A stretch of 32,000 nt of DNA from Opitutia bacterium KCR 482 (GTDB lineage: Bacteria; Verrucomicrobiota; Verrucomicrobiia; Opitutales; Intestinicryptomonadaceae): contig CP149973.1 in NCBI GenBank assembly GCA_029269845.2, forward strand, positions 1,200,001-1,232,000, read 5' to 3'. This document shows positions 14,894 through 24,044 of this stretch, piece by piece. Position 1 is the stretch's first letter. Every line of letters begins with the position of its first letter. A program made the translations under genes and the position numbers. The notes under the pieces are model-generated. The model was given only the letters and a program-made list of their open reading frames with translations. It had not been told where the DNA came from and made no database searches.

Positions 14894-14940
14894 GGCGAAA
14901 ATCCCTCCTATGCGCGGACTCCCGCGCAAATCGGCTTCCG

Positions 14941-14974
14941 AAAAAATCCCGCAAAATTTTGCGGGATTTTTTTT
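14941..14974. terminator. bidirectional Rho-independent terminator
   Basis: Perfect palindrome aaaaaatcccgcaaaa/ttttgcgggatttttttt between the convergent genes ending at 14893 (+) and 14979 (-). Confidence 0.75.
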
Positions 14975-14978
14975 GCGT

Positions 14979-15872
14979 CTAAAACACGGGGTGGAGGGGC
15001 TTGTCGGCGAAATAAATCAGAAGCACCAAGCCCGCAATCATCACGGCTGTCGGAATCATTTTGGGTCGGGTTCCGACGCCAGAAGCGGAATTCAGCAGAA
15101 TCGTCCAAAGGGGCGTTGTGAGGGCTACCGCCGAGACGTACGCGGGGTTGGGCGAATAGAGGGCCGAGACGTTCCCGCAGAAAATCGTCGCCGCGCTTGC
15201 AATCGCCATCATCGCGCCCGCAAAAAGCGTCCTCTTGGAAACTCCGCGCGTCGCCTCCATCATGCCGCCGCGCAGAAAAGCGTAAATCGAAAGGTTGGCG
15301 ACGCCGCTGAAAAATATGGAGCACACGCAATAGTAGGTCATTGCGGACATAAATTCGGCGTCGGTCATGATTTCCTTTCGGATAATCATCATCGCAGCCA
15401 AGACGACGACCGCGGGCAGCATGTACGAAAATTCCCCGCGGGCGAAAATGCGTTTCGCCGAAAGGAAGAATCCGCCGCAGACAAGCGCGAGCGAAAGCCA
15501 TATGCCCGCAAAAGTCGCGGGAGACTCCGCAAGGGCGACGAACCTGCGCGGGAAGACAATCCACCAAAGCACAAGCCCGAAGCCTATCGAGAGCACGTTT
15601 ATAAGCGATGTCGAATTCGCCCCGTACCGCGCCGACGCCTCGTAGAGACGCGCGTTGTAGAACGTCGAGACAAGCCCCTCGGCGGCAATCAGAAGCCAGA
15701 AGACGCCGTTTTTGGGAACGGGCGCAAAAAACAGCGCGGGCAAAAACAGCAGCGCAACGCCTATCCCGCGCATGCCCGACATCAGCCGTCCGTCCACCTT
15801 ATACCGCTGGTTTATGAGCATTGTTATTGCGTTCAAGAACGCGAAAGCAAGACCTGCGGCAAACCAAATCAT
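14979..15872 (-). CDS. polytopic inner-membrane permease (possibly DMT/EamA-like)
   Basis: The track ORF extends to 15998 with an Arg-rich leader. The ATG at 15872-15870 gives MIWFAAGLAFAFLNAITML. There are about 10 hydrophobic segments. The family assignment is tentative. Confidence 0.5.
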   Translation of the reverse strand: MIWFAAGLAFAFLNAITMLINQRYKVDGRLMSGMRGIGVALLFLPALFFAPVPKNGVFWLLIAAEGLVSTFYNARLYEASARYGANSTSLINVLSIGFGLVLWWIVFPRRFVALAESPATFAGIWLSLALVCGGFFLSAKRIFARGEFSYMLPAVVVLAAMMIIRKEIMTDAEFMSAMTYYCVCSIFFSGVANLSIYAFLRGGMMEATRGVSKRTLFAGAMMAIASAATIFCGNVSALYSPNPAYVSAVALTTPLWTILLNSASGVGTRPKMIPTAVMIAGLVLLIYFADKPLHPVF

Positions 15873-15895
15873 TTTCGGCGTATCGGACAATATCC

Positions 15896-15941
15896 GAAAA
15901 AATAAAATCGGCGGAAGACTCCGCGGCCGCCGCCGAAAAAA
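15896..15941 (-). terminator. candidate terminator downstream of the porin gene
   Basis: On the minus strand: cggcgg..ccgccg stem (15935-15909), followed by ATTTTATTTTTT. Confidence 0.35.
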
Positions 15942-15963
15942 CAATGCGCCCGCCCCCCGACGC

Positions 15964-17367
15964 CTACAAATTAAGCCCGAATTGAAGACCGAGCACAACG
16001 GCGTCGCCGTATTTTCCGCCGCCCGTGTTCAACACGTACTGCACGTTGGGCTGGACAAACGAAAACTTGTTTATCTGGAATTTGTAGTTCAGCTCGAAAA
16101 CCGCCTCGTAAGAGCCGCGAATGTCGCCCGTGTACTTGTCGGAAAACTTGCCGTATGCGACGCCGAAACAGAGGACGTCGTCCGCGCGCGACTCGAACGG
16201 CGCGTTGAAGAGCACGCCGCCGTTGACGAAAATCGGCATGTCGGCAAGGTTTTCGTAGGGGTCGTACTGGAACGCGCCCCAGAGAATCAGCCCGCGGAGG
16301 TCGCGCCATTTGTCCTCATCGCGCACGATGTAGTAGGGTTCGTCCGCCTTGACGGGCCCCATGTTGTACACCATGTAGTCCGCCTGCACGTATACCGAAC
16401 AGTTGAAGTACGAAATTTTCGAGGGGTTGTCTATGTGCGGAGCGTTGTACCACGACGCTATCACGCCAGCCGAAATGTTCGCGGGCGACTTTCCGCTGCC
16501 GTCGTGGTTGAAGTCGCGCCCTATTTCGAAATTCGCGTTGACTCCGCCGCCGTTGAACGACCAGTCAAGCCCGTGCATGTCGTCCTGCCTTGCGGTGTTG
16601 ATTTTGTAGACGCCCGACTTTGCGTACGCGCCGTTTTTGTGTTCAACCTGCACATACGCCGCCCACGTCGAACCGGGGTAGGCGGAAAGTTTTGTCTGCT
16701 TGAACGCGCCCACGGGGTTGCCGTCGAAAGCGTTGTTTTGGTAGAGCCAGTAGATGGGCTTCGACATGAAGTTGTCGCCCGCGGCGAAGCGGCCGAGCTT
16801 GAATGTCAGGTGCCAGTCGGAGAGGAAATCCCTGTTGTAGGCGGCGAAGAGCGACTGCAAGTTCAGCGTCTGCGAGCCGTAGTTTTGCTGTACGTTGAAC
16901 GCATTGCCGATTCTGTTTTTTGTAATGCTGTCGCCGAAACGCCACGCCCATGCGTTGCCGATTGTCCAGCCGCCGAGAGACTCTACGCCCGTGAGCTTGC
17001 GCAGGTCTATGCCCAAGCCGAGATTCACCGAGCTTGTGTTGCTCGCCCCGCGCGACATTCCCCCCGACACGTTCGAGGCGAAGTTGCCCAAATACGCGGC
17101 GGTCGGAACAATCCCGTTGTTTTCGGCGTAGCGTCGCGCGCCGTACATGTTGGCCAGCGCGTGGGGCGCGTAGAACCACTCCTGAAAGGTAAGCTCGTGG
17201 AAGTGCCCGCCGCCGAGCGGTTCGTCGTAGTATTCCGCGCCCGCCTGAACGGGGGCGTCGGTGCGCCCGTCGAAATTTTTGACTCCGAAATATTGTTTCG
17301 GTTCGGCAAAAGAGCCGCATGCCGCCGCGACTGCCGCGAACGCCGCCAAGATTTTCCGTTTTTCCAT
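15964..17367 (-). CDS. carbohydrate-selective porin, OprB family (tentative)
   Basis: 467 aa with ATG at 17367-17365. Signal peptide MEKRKILAAFAAVAAACGSFA. Alternating beta-strand-like, aromatic-rich sequence, with an LTFKLGRFAAGDNF motif typical of OprB-type porins as I recall. Confidence 0.6.
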   Translation of the reverse strand: MEKRKILAAFAAVAAACGSFAEPKQYFGVKNFDGRTDAPVQAGAEYYDEPLGGGHFHELTFQEWFYAPHALANMYGARRYAENNGIVPTAAYLGNFASNVSGGMSRGASNTSSVNLGLGIDLRKLTGVESLGGWTIGNAWAWRFGDSITKNRIGNAFNVQQNYGSQTLNLQSLFAAYNRDFLSDWHLTFKLGRFAAGDNFMSKPIYWLYQNNAFDGNPVGAFKQTKLSAYPGSTWAAYVQVEHKNGAYAKSGVYKINTARQDDMHGLDWSFNGGGVNANFEIGRDFNHDGSGKSPANISAGVIASWYNAPHIDNPSKISYFNCSVYVQADYMVYNMGPVKADEPYYIVRDEDKWRDLRGLILWGAFQYDPYENLADMPIFVNGGVLFNAPFESRADDVLCFGVAYGKFSDKYTGDIRGSYEAVFELNYKFQINKFSFVQPNVQYVLNTGGGKYGDAVVLGLQFGLNL

Positions 17368-17428
17368 GAAGTGTCCGTTCTGTTTGGGTTATCGAAAAAA
17401 TTATCGGAAAATGACGCCGCGCCGTAAA

Positions 17429-18292
17429 TCACGCCTTGCGGATTGTGGCGATGGTGATTGCGGGTGTGCACATGAAGCGCACGGGTATGCGGCTTGTGCC
17501 CAAGCCGCGCGTTGTGTACGACGTTTTTCCGTCCTTTCGGTAAAGCCCCTCGACCGCGTCGCGCTCGAACTTTACGTTCTTTGCTGGGCGTATTCCGCGC
17601 GGCAGGCGCACCTGCCCGCCGTGCGTGTGCCCCGACAGCATAAAGCTCGCCGCGGGCGGAATTTCCCTGAAAACGTCGGGCGTGTGCGACATGAACACGA
17701 CGGGCGCGTCTTTGGGAATTCCCGCAAAGGTCGGGCGGTAGAAATAGTTTTGGGTTATTGCGTCGGCGATTCCCGCAAGGTGGAAGTTCCCCTTGGGCGT
17801 CTTGATTTCGAGATTCGAGTTTTCGATAACGGGAATGCCCGCGTCGGACAGCATTTTCCTGATTTTCTCCCTGCCGTAGTAGGAGTCGTGGTTGCCGAGG
17901 ACGGAATAGACGCCGAGGGGGGCTTTCAGCCCGCTCAAATATTTCGAATATGTCGACATCGGCATTTTCGAGTAAAACGGGTGTCCGTTCACGAAGTCGC
18001 CCAAAAGCAAAATAATATCGGGCTTTGCGGCGTTCGTCCGCGCCACGATGCGCCTGAGCCGCCAGTTTTCGGCGGGGCCCGCGCCCGCGTGAATGTCGGA
18101 GAGCACGGCGATTTTCAGACCGTCGAGGTTTTTGTCCCACTTTGGGACTGCGATTTCGACGTTGTCGTAGTCGAGCATTATGTAGGGTTCGACGACTATC
18201 CCCCACACCCACAGCGACAGGAGACACAAAACCGTTGCCATTTTCAACGCGAACTTCATTTTACGCGCACCATTATCTTTGCACTTTTTCAT
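17429..18292 (-). CDS. membrane-anchored metallophosphoesterase (calcineurin-like, YkuE-type)
   Basis: Contains the motifs LSDIHAG, GDFVNG, GNHD and GHTHGGQ. An N-terminal TM/signal segment is present. An alternative start is the ATG at 18259. Confidence 0.85.
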   Translation of the reverse strand: MKKCKDNGARKMKFALKMATVLCLLSLWVWGIVVEPYIMLDYDNVEIAVPKWDKNLDGLKIAVLSDIHAGAGPAENWRLRRIVARTNAAKPDIILLLGDFVNGHPFYSKMPMSTYSKYLSGLKAPLGVYSVLGNHDSYYGREKIRKMLSDAGIPVIENSNLEIKTPKGNFHLAGIADAITQNYFYRPTFAGIPKDAPVVFMSHTPDVFREIPPAASFMLSGHTHGGQVRLPRGIRPAKNVKFERDAVEGLYRKDGKTSYTTRGLGTSRIPVRFMCTPAITIATIRKA

Positions 18293-18410
18293 TTAGACAA
18301 GCAGAATATTCTTTTGTGTCCGAAGGCGGATTTTTGCGGAAATCGGCGATTCGCGAATTTTTTTCTTGCGCATTTGCGCCAAAATGTATGTGTTGTTTTA
18401 CTTCAAATCA

Positions 18411-18501
18411 GGAGAGGTGGCGGAGTGGCCGATCGCGCTGGTTTGCTAAACCGGTGTAGGGATTTAAACCCCTACCGTGAGTTCGAATCTCATCCTCTCC
18501 G
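18411..18501 (+). tRNA. tRNA-Ser (anticodon GCU)
   Basis: GGAGAGGTGGCGGAGTGGCCGATCGCGCTGGTTTGCTAAACCGGTGTAGGGATTTAAACCCCTACCGTGAGTTCGAATCTCATCCTCTCCG. The anticodon stem is ctggt/accgg with loop TTGCTAA, and there is a long variable arm. CCA is not encoded. Confidence 0.9.
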
Positions 18502-18521
18502 TGATTTGAATTATTTTTGGG

Positions 18522-18549
18522 CGGACGTTTCGGCGTCCGTCTTTTTTTT
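18522..18549 (+). terminator. Rho-independent terminator after tRNA-Ser(GCU)
   Basis: cggacg-tttcgg-cgtccg, followed by tcTTTTTTTT. Confidence 0.7.
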
Positions 18550-18586
18550 GTCCCCGAAAGGCGGCGGGCGGCGGATTTCGGGAGGG

Positions 18587-19069
18587 CTACAAAAGAAGCT
18601 CGAAATCCTCGACGTCGAGCATGCGCCCGAATTTTTCGCCCACACTGCGGAAGTGCGAGACTTTCACAAAGCCCAGCTTTTCGTGAAGCCTTACGCTCGG
18701 CGCGTTCCCTGCGGTTATGCACGCAACGAGCGCGCGGACTCCCCTGCGGCGGCACTCCTCCGCAAGGGCGCGGACAAGAGCCTCGCCAATTCCCCGCCCG
18801 ACGGAGTCGGGGGCGACATACACGGTGGTTTCGAGGGTGCGGGCGTAGGCGGCTTTTTGCTTCCACGCGTGGGCGTGGCAGTAGCCCGCGACTTTCCCGC
18901 AGTCGTCGAAGACATAAAACGGGCAATGCGCCGAAATTTCGCGAATGCGTCCGGCGAAGTCGGGCGCGGACACAGGCTCGGTGTCGAACGTGGCGTCGCT
19001 TGCGGCAACGTAGCCGTTGTAGATTGCCGCAATCTGCGCGGCGTCGGAAATTTCGGCGGGTCTAATCAT
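18587..19069 (-). CDS. GNAT family N-acetyltransferase (phosphinothricin/YncA-like)
   Basis: 160 aa. The N-terminus MIRPAEISDAAQIAAIYNGYV..ATFDTEP and the motif VAPDSVGRGIGEALVRAL (acetyl-CoA-binding R/Q-x-x-G-x-G/A) are typical of the PAT subfamily. Confidence 0.8.
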   Translation of the reverse strand: MIRPAEISDAAQIAAIYNGYVAASDATFDTEPVSAPDFAGRIREISAHCPFYVFDDCGKVAGYCHAHAWKQKAAYARTLETTVYVAPDSVGRGIGEALVRALAEECRRRGVRALVACITAGNAPSVRLHEKLGFVKVSHFRSVGEKFGRMLDVEDFELLL

Positions 19070-19177
19070 CGAAAGGGTATTTAGGACATCGGCGCGCGGC
19101 TTATCAACTTAAAATTTGCGCGGCGGAGCGCAAAATATAATTGCGTTTTCGGGGCGATTGGACGATATTTTTGCGGA

Positions 19178-20353
19178 ATGTTAGAGATGCCGCAACATAA
19201 ACCGATTACGGTGCTGCTGGTGGACGACCAACCGATTATCGGCGAAGCCGTCCGCAGAATGCTTGCCGACCAACCCGATATCGACTTCCGCTTCTGCGGG
19301 AATCCGACGGAGGCGTTGAAAACCGCCGAAAGCGTATCGCCGACAGTCATTTTGCAAGACCTCGTAATGCCCGACGTGGACGGGCTGACCCTCGTAAAAT
19401 TTTTCCGCGCAAACCCGAAAACGCGCGAAGTCCCTATCGTCGTGCTCTCGTCGAAAGAAGAGCCGGACACAAAATACCGCGCGTTCGAAAGCGGCGCGAA
19501 CGACTACATGGTGAAATTCCCCGACAAGCTTGAAGTTGTTGCGCGAATCCGCTACCACTCCCGCGCGTACACCGCGCTCCTCGAAAGGAACGAGGCAATG
19601 CGCAAATTGCAGGAAAGCCAAAACGCCCTCAAAAAGGAGCTTGACGAAGCCGAACACTACGTCAAAAGCCTCCTGCCCGAAAAAATATCCGACGCCGAAA
19701 TTTCGACCGACTGGTACTTCAAAAGCTCGACGTCGCTCGGCGGCGACTGCTTCGGATACGGAAAGCTTGACGGCGGCCGCTTCGCGGTCTACCTGCTCGA
19801 CGTCTGCGGGCACGGCGTGGGAGCCGCGCTGCTGTCGGTCTCGGCGGTGAACGTGCTGCGCTCGCAGAGCCTTGCGGGCGTAGATTTTTCAAAGCCCGAC
19901 CAAGTGCTCGCGGGGCTTAACGCAGCCTTCGACATGGACGGGCAGAACGGCATGTACTTCACCCTCTGGTACGGCGTCTACGACAGACAAACCCGCAAAC
20001 TCTCCTACGCTTCGGGCGGACACCCGCCCGCGATTCTCGTCGAAAACGGGCATTGGCAAAAGCTCATCACGGGCGGGCTTGTAATCGGCGGAATGCCCGA
20101 CGCCAAATTCCCCTGCGCGTGCGTAGACGTTCCGCGCGGGGCAAAGCTCTTCGTTTTCAGCGACGGCGTCTACGAAGTGGAATGCGCCGGCAAACACAGA
20201 ATGATGACGGTCGACGAATTCGCCGACGAGCTTGCAAAACCCGCCCCGCAGGGGAAGTCCAAAGTCGAGGCGATGGCGGAATTTTCCCAAAACGCGCAAA
20301 AATGCGAACAGTTCGAGGACGACTTCTCTCTCTGCGAATTCGATTTCAAATAA
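19178..20353 (+). CDS. response regulator receiver domain fused to a PP2C/SpoIIE-type serine phosphatase
   Basis: 391 aa. The REC domain has VLLVDDQP...ILQDLVMPDVDG...VLSSKEE. A coiled linker follows, then PP2C motifs (GGDCFGY, YLLDVCGHGVGAALLS, FVFSDGVYE). A perfect TATAAT lies at 19136-19141 upstream. Confidence 0.85.
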   Translation: MLEMPQHKPITVLLVDDQPIIGEAVRRMLADQPDIDFRFCGNPTEALKTAESVSPTVILQDLVMPDVDGLTLVKFFRANPKTREVPIVVLSSKEEPDTKYRAFESGANDYMVKFPDKLEVVARIRYHSRAYTALLERNEAMRKLQESQNALKKELDEAEHYVKSLLPEKISDAEISTDWYFKSSTSLGGDCFGYGKLDGGRFAVYLLDVCGHGVGAALLSVSAVNVLRSQSLAGVDFSKPDQVLAGLNAAFDMDGQNGMYFTLWYGVYDRQTRKLSYASGGHPPAILVENGHWQKLITGGLVIGGMPDAKFPCACVDVPRGAKLFVFSDGVYEVECAGKHRMMTVDEFADELAKPAPQGKSKVEAMAEFSQNAQKCEQFEDDFSLCEFDFK

Positions 20354-20356
20354 GAC

Positions 20357-20770
20357 ATGAAAAAGACCTACGCCGCAAAATTCGACAGCCTCGACGAACT
20401 CTTCGCCGATGTCGATGCGTTCTGCGCCGAAAACCGCGTCGACGCGGCGTCGGCGTACGCGCTCAACCTCTGCCTCGACGAAATTTTCACAAACATTGTA
20501 AGCTACGGCTACAAAAACGACGGCTCGCAAAAAATAGAGGTCGAGCTTGCCGCAGGGGGCGGCTTTGCGGAGGCAGCCGTGCGCGACACCGCGCCCGCGT
20601 TCAACCCGATTTCCGACGCGCCCGCGCCCGACACAAGCTCCGACGCGGAATCGCGCGACGTCGGCGGGCTCGGAATTTTCTTCCTCAAAAAAAGCATGGA
20701 CGCCGTTTCGTACTCGCGCAAAAACGGCGTAAACGAGCTTGTAATGAAAAGGAGGCTCGCCGCGCAATGA
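20357..20770 (+). CDS. RsbW/SpoIIAB-like anti-sigma-factor serine kinase (HATPase_c_2-like)
   Basis: 137 aa. Contains LCLDEIFTNIVSYGY (N-box-like) and VGGLGIFFLKKSMD (G-box-like). It starts 3 nt after the phosphatase stop, and its TGA overlaps the next ATG. Confidence 0.7.
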   Translation: MKKTYAAKFDSLDELFADVDAFCAENRVDAASAYALNLCLDEIFTNIVSYGYKNDGSQKIEVELAAGGGFAEAAVRDTAPAFNPISDAPAPDTSSDAESRDVGGLGIFFLKKSMDAVSYSRKNGVNELVMKRRLAAQ

Positions 20771-21594
20771 ACCTGCTCGACGTAAAAAACCTCGAAATTT
20801 CGTTTTGCTCGCGCGGAATCCGCACGCCGGCGGTGAAGGGCGTAGACTTTTCGGTAGGCGAAAACGAGTCTGTGGCGATTGTCGGCGAGAGCGGGTCGGG
20901 CAAAACCGTCAGCGCAATGAGCCTTGCGCGTCTGCTTCCGCCGCCGCCCGCATGCGAAACGAGCGGCGAAATACTCTTCGCAGGCAAAAACATCGCAAAT
21001 ATGGGCGACGCCGAACTGAGGAAAATCCGCGGCCGCCGCATCGCGTACATTTTTCAGGAGCCGTCCACTTCGCTCAACCCCGTGTTCACCGTGGGCTTCC
21101 AAATTGCGGAGGCAATAAAGCTCCACTTCCCCGAAGAGAAAAACGTGAGGGAAAAAGTTGTGGAGTCCCTCGCGGAGGTCGGCATACGCGAACCCGAAAA
21201 ACGCTACGACGCCTACCCCTACGAGCTTTCGGGCGGCATGCAGCAGCGCGTGATGATTGCGATGGCATTGGCGTGCAAACCGCAGCTGCTCGTCGCCGAC
21301 GAGCCGACTACCGCCCTTGACGTCACAATCCAGAAACAGATTATAGACCTGCTCAAAAGCGTGCGGCAAAAGCGGAAAAATTCGCTGCTGCTTATCACGC
21401 ACAACTTCGGGATAATCCCGCAGCTGTGCGAGCGCGTGATTGTGATGTTCCGCGGCGAAATCGTCGAGCGCGGCACTTGCGAGCAGGTTTTGCACAATCC
21501 CCAGCACCCCTACACGCGCGCGCTGATTAACTGCGTGCCAAGGCTCGGCAACCGCTCAAAGAAACTCGAACCGATTGACTATGACAAACTCTGA
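20767..21594 (+). CDS. peptide/nickel (Opp/Dpp-type) ABC transporter ATP-binding protein
   Basis: ATG at 20767, inside the longer track ORF, forming an ATGA overlap with the upstream stop. Contains Walker A GESGSGKT, signature LSGGMQQRV, Walker B LLVADEPTTALD, and C-terminal HPYTRALI. Confidence 0.85.
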   Translation: MNLLDVKNLEISFCSRGIRTPAVKGVDFSVGENESVAIVGESGSGKTVSAMSLARLLPPPPACETSGEILFAGKNIANMGDAELRKIRGRRIAYIFQEPSTSLNPVFTVGFQIAEAIKLHFPEEKNVREKVVESLAEVGIREPEKRYDAYPYELSGGMQQRVMIAMALACKPQLLVADEPTTALDVTIQKQIIDLLKSVRQKRKNSLLLITHNFGIIPQLCERVIVMFRGEIVERGTCEQVLHNPQHPYTRALINCVPRLGNRSKKLEPIDYDKL

Positions 21595-22378
21595 ACCGCT
21601 GCTTAAAGTCGAAAACCTGACAGTCTCGTACACGCTCGGCGCGGGGCTTTTTGCGTCGTCGAAAGAGAAGTTCAACGCGGTCGACGGCGTGTCTTTCGAA
21701 ATATCGAAGGGCGAAATCGTGGGGCTTGTCGGCGAAAGCGGCTCGGGCAAAACCACGACGGGGCGGGCAATCATACGCCTCGCGCCCGTTTCTGGCGGGA
21801 AAATTATCTATGGCGGAGAGGATATTTCCAAGCTTTCCGACCGCGCGTTCATGCCGTACAGAAAGAAAATACAGATGATTTTTCAGGACCCGTTCAACTC
21901 GCTCAACCCGAGAATGGACGTGTTCGAAATCGTGTCCGAACCCCTCGACATACACTTTCCGAAAATGTCGGCGGCGCGGAAACGCGCGCGCGTGGCGGAG
22001 CTGCTCGGCACCGTGGGGCTTGCGAAAGCCCACATGGACAGGTATCCGCACGAATTTTCGGGCGGGCAGCGACAGCGCATAGGCATAGCCCGCGCCCTCG
22101 CAGTCGAACCCGAATTCATCATCTGCGACGAACCCGTAAGCGCGCTCGACGTCTCCGTTCAGGCGCAAATCGTAAACCTGCTCGAACGCCTTGCGAAAGA
22201 CCTGAACCTTACACTGCTTTTCGTGGCGCACGACATCGCCGTTGTGGAATATCTCTGCGACAGAATGATGGTGATGACGCGCGGAAAAATCGTGGAGCAG
22301 GGAAAGTCCGAAGAAGTCTGCGCCCGCCCGCAACACCCCTACACACAGCGGCTGATTGCCGCAGTTCCGAAGTTCTGA
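21581..22378 (+). CDS. peptide/nickel (Opp/Dpp-type) ABC transporter ATP-binding protein
   Basis: ATG at 21581 (TTG at 21575 is also possible), overlapping the upstream gene end. Contains Walker A GESGSGKT, signature FSGGQRQRI, Walker B FIICDEPVSALD, and HPYTQRLI. Confidence 0.85.
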   Translation: MTNSEPLLKVENLTVSYTLGAGLFASSKEKFNAVDGVSFEISKGEIVGLVGESGSGKTTTGRAIIRLAPVSGGKIIYGGEDISKLSDRAFMPYRKKIQMIFQDPFNSLNPRMDVFEIVSEPLDIHFPKMSAARKRARVAELLGTVGLAKAHMDRYPHEFSGGQRQRIGIARALAVEPEFIICDEPVSALDVSVQAQIVNLLERLAKDLNLTLLFVAHDIAVVEYLCDRMMVMTRGKIVEQGKSEEVCARPQHPYTQRLIAAVPKF

Positions 22379-22379
22379 G

Positions 22380-24044
22380 ATGCGAAAAGGGTCGGGAAAA
22401 TTTTTCGCTCGCGGAATACGCGCGGCACTTGCGGCGGCGTTCGCCGCGTGTATTGCCGTGTCCGCAACGGGCTGCGGAAAGCGCGAAACGCCCGCCGAAA
22501 CCGCCGCGCGAAACGGAATTTTGCTTGTGGGCAACGCAGCAGATCCAGCGTCGCTCGACCCGTCTCTCGCCACGGGAAGCTCCGAAATACGCATTTTGCG
22601 CGGGCTTTTCGAGGGGCTTGTCCGCGCCGACACTAAGACGCTCGAAGTTCGCCCCGCCGCGGCGAAATCATGGACGGTCTCCGACGACGGGCTGACGTAC
22701 CGCTTCAAAATAGACAAAAACGCGAAGTGGTCGGACGGCTCGCCCGTTTCCGCGCGGGACTTCGAATACGCGTGGAAGCGCGCGCTAAACCCCGCCCTCG
22801 GCGCGGAATACGCCTCAATGCTCCACGCAATAAAAAATGCGCGCCCGTACAATGCGGGGGAAATCGGCGACGCGTCGAAAGTGGGCGTCCGCGCCATTTC
22901 CGACTCCGAATTGGAGGTGGAGCTCGAACGCCCCGTGCCCTATTTCGAATCAATGCTCTACCACAGCGCGTTCTTCCCGCTCCCGCGCAAAACGCTCGAA
23001 AAATTCGGCGCAACCGACAGGCGCGACACCCGCTGGACGCGCCCCGAAAACATGGTCTGCAACGGGCCGTTCACGCTCGTAAAATGGAGCATTAACGACA
23101 AAATCTCGCTGAGGGCAAACCCGCACTACCGCACAAGGGAATTGCTCAAACTGAAAGGCGCGGACTTTTTCCCGATTTCCAACATCAACACGGAAGACAG
23201 GGCGTTCTCGGCTGGACAGCTGCATATTACAGACTCCGTCGCGCCGTCGCGCCTGCCCGCCGCCCTCGCCGCCGCGCCGCAAACCGTCAGGCGCGACAAA
23301 TGGCTCGGCGTCTACTACTACCTTTTCAACACGCGCCGCCCGCCGCTCGACGACCCCCTCGTGCGCAGGGCGCTCTCGCTTTCGATAGACCGCCGCGCAA
23401 TCATAGACTCCTTCCTGAAAGCGGGGCAGGACGCCGCCGGGAACTTCGTTCCGTCGGGCTGCGGGGGATATGTTCCGCCGCGCGGCGAATCCGAAAACAT
23501 AGCCCTTGCAAAAAAACTGCTCGCCGAGGCGGGATACCCCGACGGCAAAAACTTTCCGCGCATAAGAATTTCGTACAACACGTCGGAACAGCACAAGCCG
23601 ATTGCGGAGGCGGTTCAACAAATGTGGCGCAAAAACCTCGGAATAAACGCGGAGCTTTTCAACCTGTCGTGGCCTGCATACCTTGCGGCACGGCGCGAGG
23701 GAGACTTCGACGTCGCAAGGTCGAGCTGGGTGGGCGACTTCGACGCGCCCGAAAATTTCCTCGACCTCTTCCACTCCGCAAGCGGGCTGAACCACAGCGG
23801 CTATAAAAGCGCGGAATACGACGCGCTGCTCGCCCGCGCGCGCTCAGCAAAAACGCGCTCCGAACGCATGCGCCTGCTAGCCGAAGCCGAGGCGAAAATG
23901 CTCGCCGACGCCCCCGTAATGCCGATTTATTTCTACTCGCGCGTCTTTCGCATTTCGCCGCTCGTGCGCGGCTGGGACGCAAACGCGCTCGACTACCACA
24001 ATTTTCTCGGCGTAAGCCTCGAAGCCAAAGGAGGCGCAAAATGA
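22380..24044 (+). CDS. ABC transporter substrate-binding lipoprotein, family 5 (peptide/nickel)
   Basis: ATG at 22380, 1 nt after the upstream stop. Signal peptide with lipobox VSATGC. The length (about 554 aa) and motifs (WSDG.PV.A.DF, YYYLFN) are typical of SBP_bac_5. Confidence 0.8.
   Translation: MRKGSGKFFARGIRAALAAAFAACIAVSATGCGKRETPAETAARNGILLVGNAADPASLDPSLATGSSEIRILRGLFEGLVRADTKTLEVRPAAAKSWTVSDDGLTYRFKIDKNAKWSDGSPVSARDFEYAWKRALNPALGAEYASMLHAIKNARPYNAGEIGDASKVGVRAISDSELEVELERPVPYFESMLYHSAFFPLPRKTLEKFGATDRRDTRWTRPENMVCNGPFTLVKWSINDKISLRANPHYRTRELLKLKGADFFPISNINTEDRAFSAGQLHITDSVAPSRLPAALAAAPQTVRRDKWLGVYYYLFNTRRPPLDDPLVRRALSLSIDRRAIIDSFLKAGQDAAGNFVPSGCGGYVPPRGESENIALAKKLLAEAGYPDGKNFPRIRISYNTSEQHKPIAEAVQQMWRKNLGINAELFNLSWPAYLAARREGDFDVARSSWVGDFDAPENFLDLFHSASGLNHSGYKSAEYDALLARARSAKTRSERMRLLAEAEAKMLADAPVMPIYFYSRVFRISPLVRGWDANALDYHNFLGVSLEAKGGAK

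Noticed and set aside
13697-14929. 410-aa minus-strand ORF antisense to the esterase gene. The same applies to other long antisense ORFs: 4803..5483, 15712..17427, 17025..18227, 19889..20767, 20509..21507, 21527..22897, 22950..23795, 26193..27026, 27703..28488, 28668..29519 and 30356..31504.
   Set aside because: These are shadow ORFs of high-GC genes. They are Arg/Ala/Val/Gly-rich, carry no recognisable motifs, and each lies opposite a gene with clear family signatures.
17261-19084. 607-aa plus-strand ORF.
   Set aside because: It runs antisense through the metallophosphoesterase and GNAT genes and straight through the tRNA-Ser(GCU) gene and its terminator. It cannot be a real CDS.
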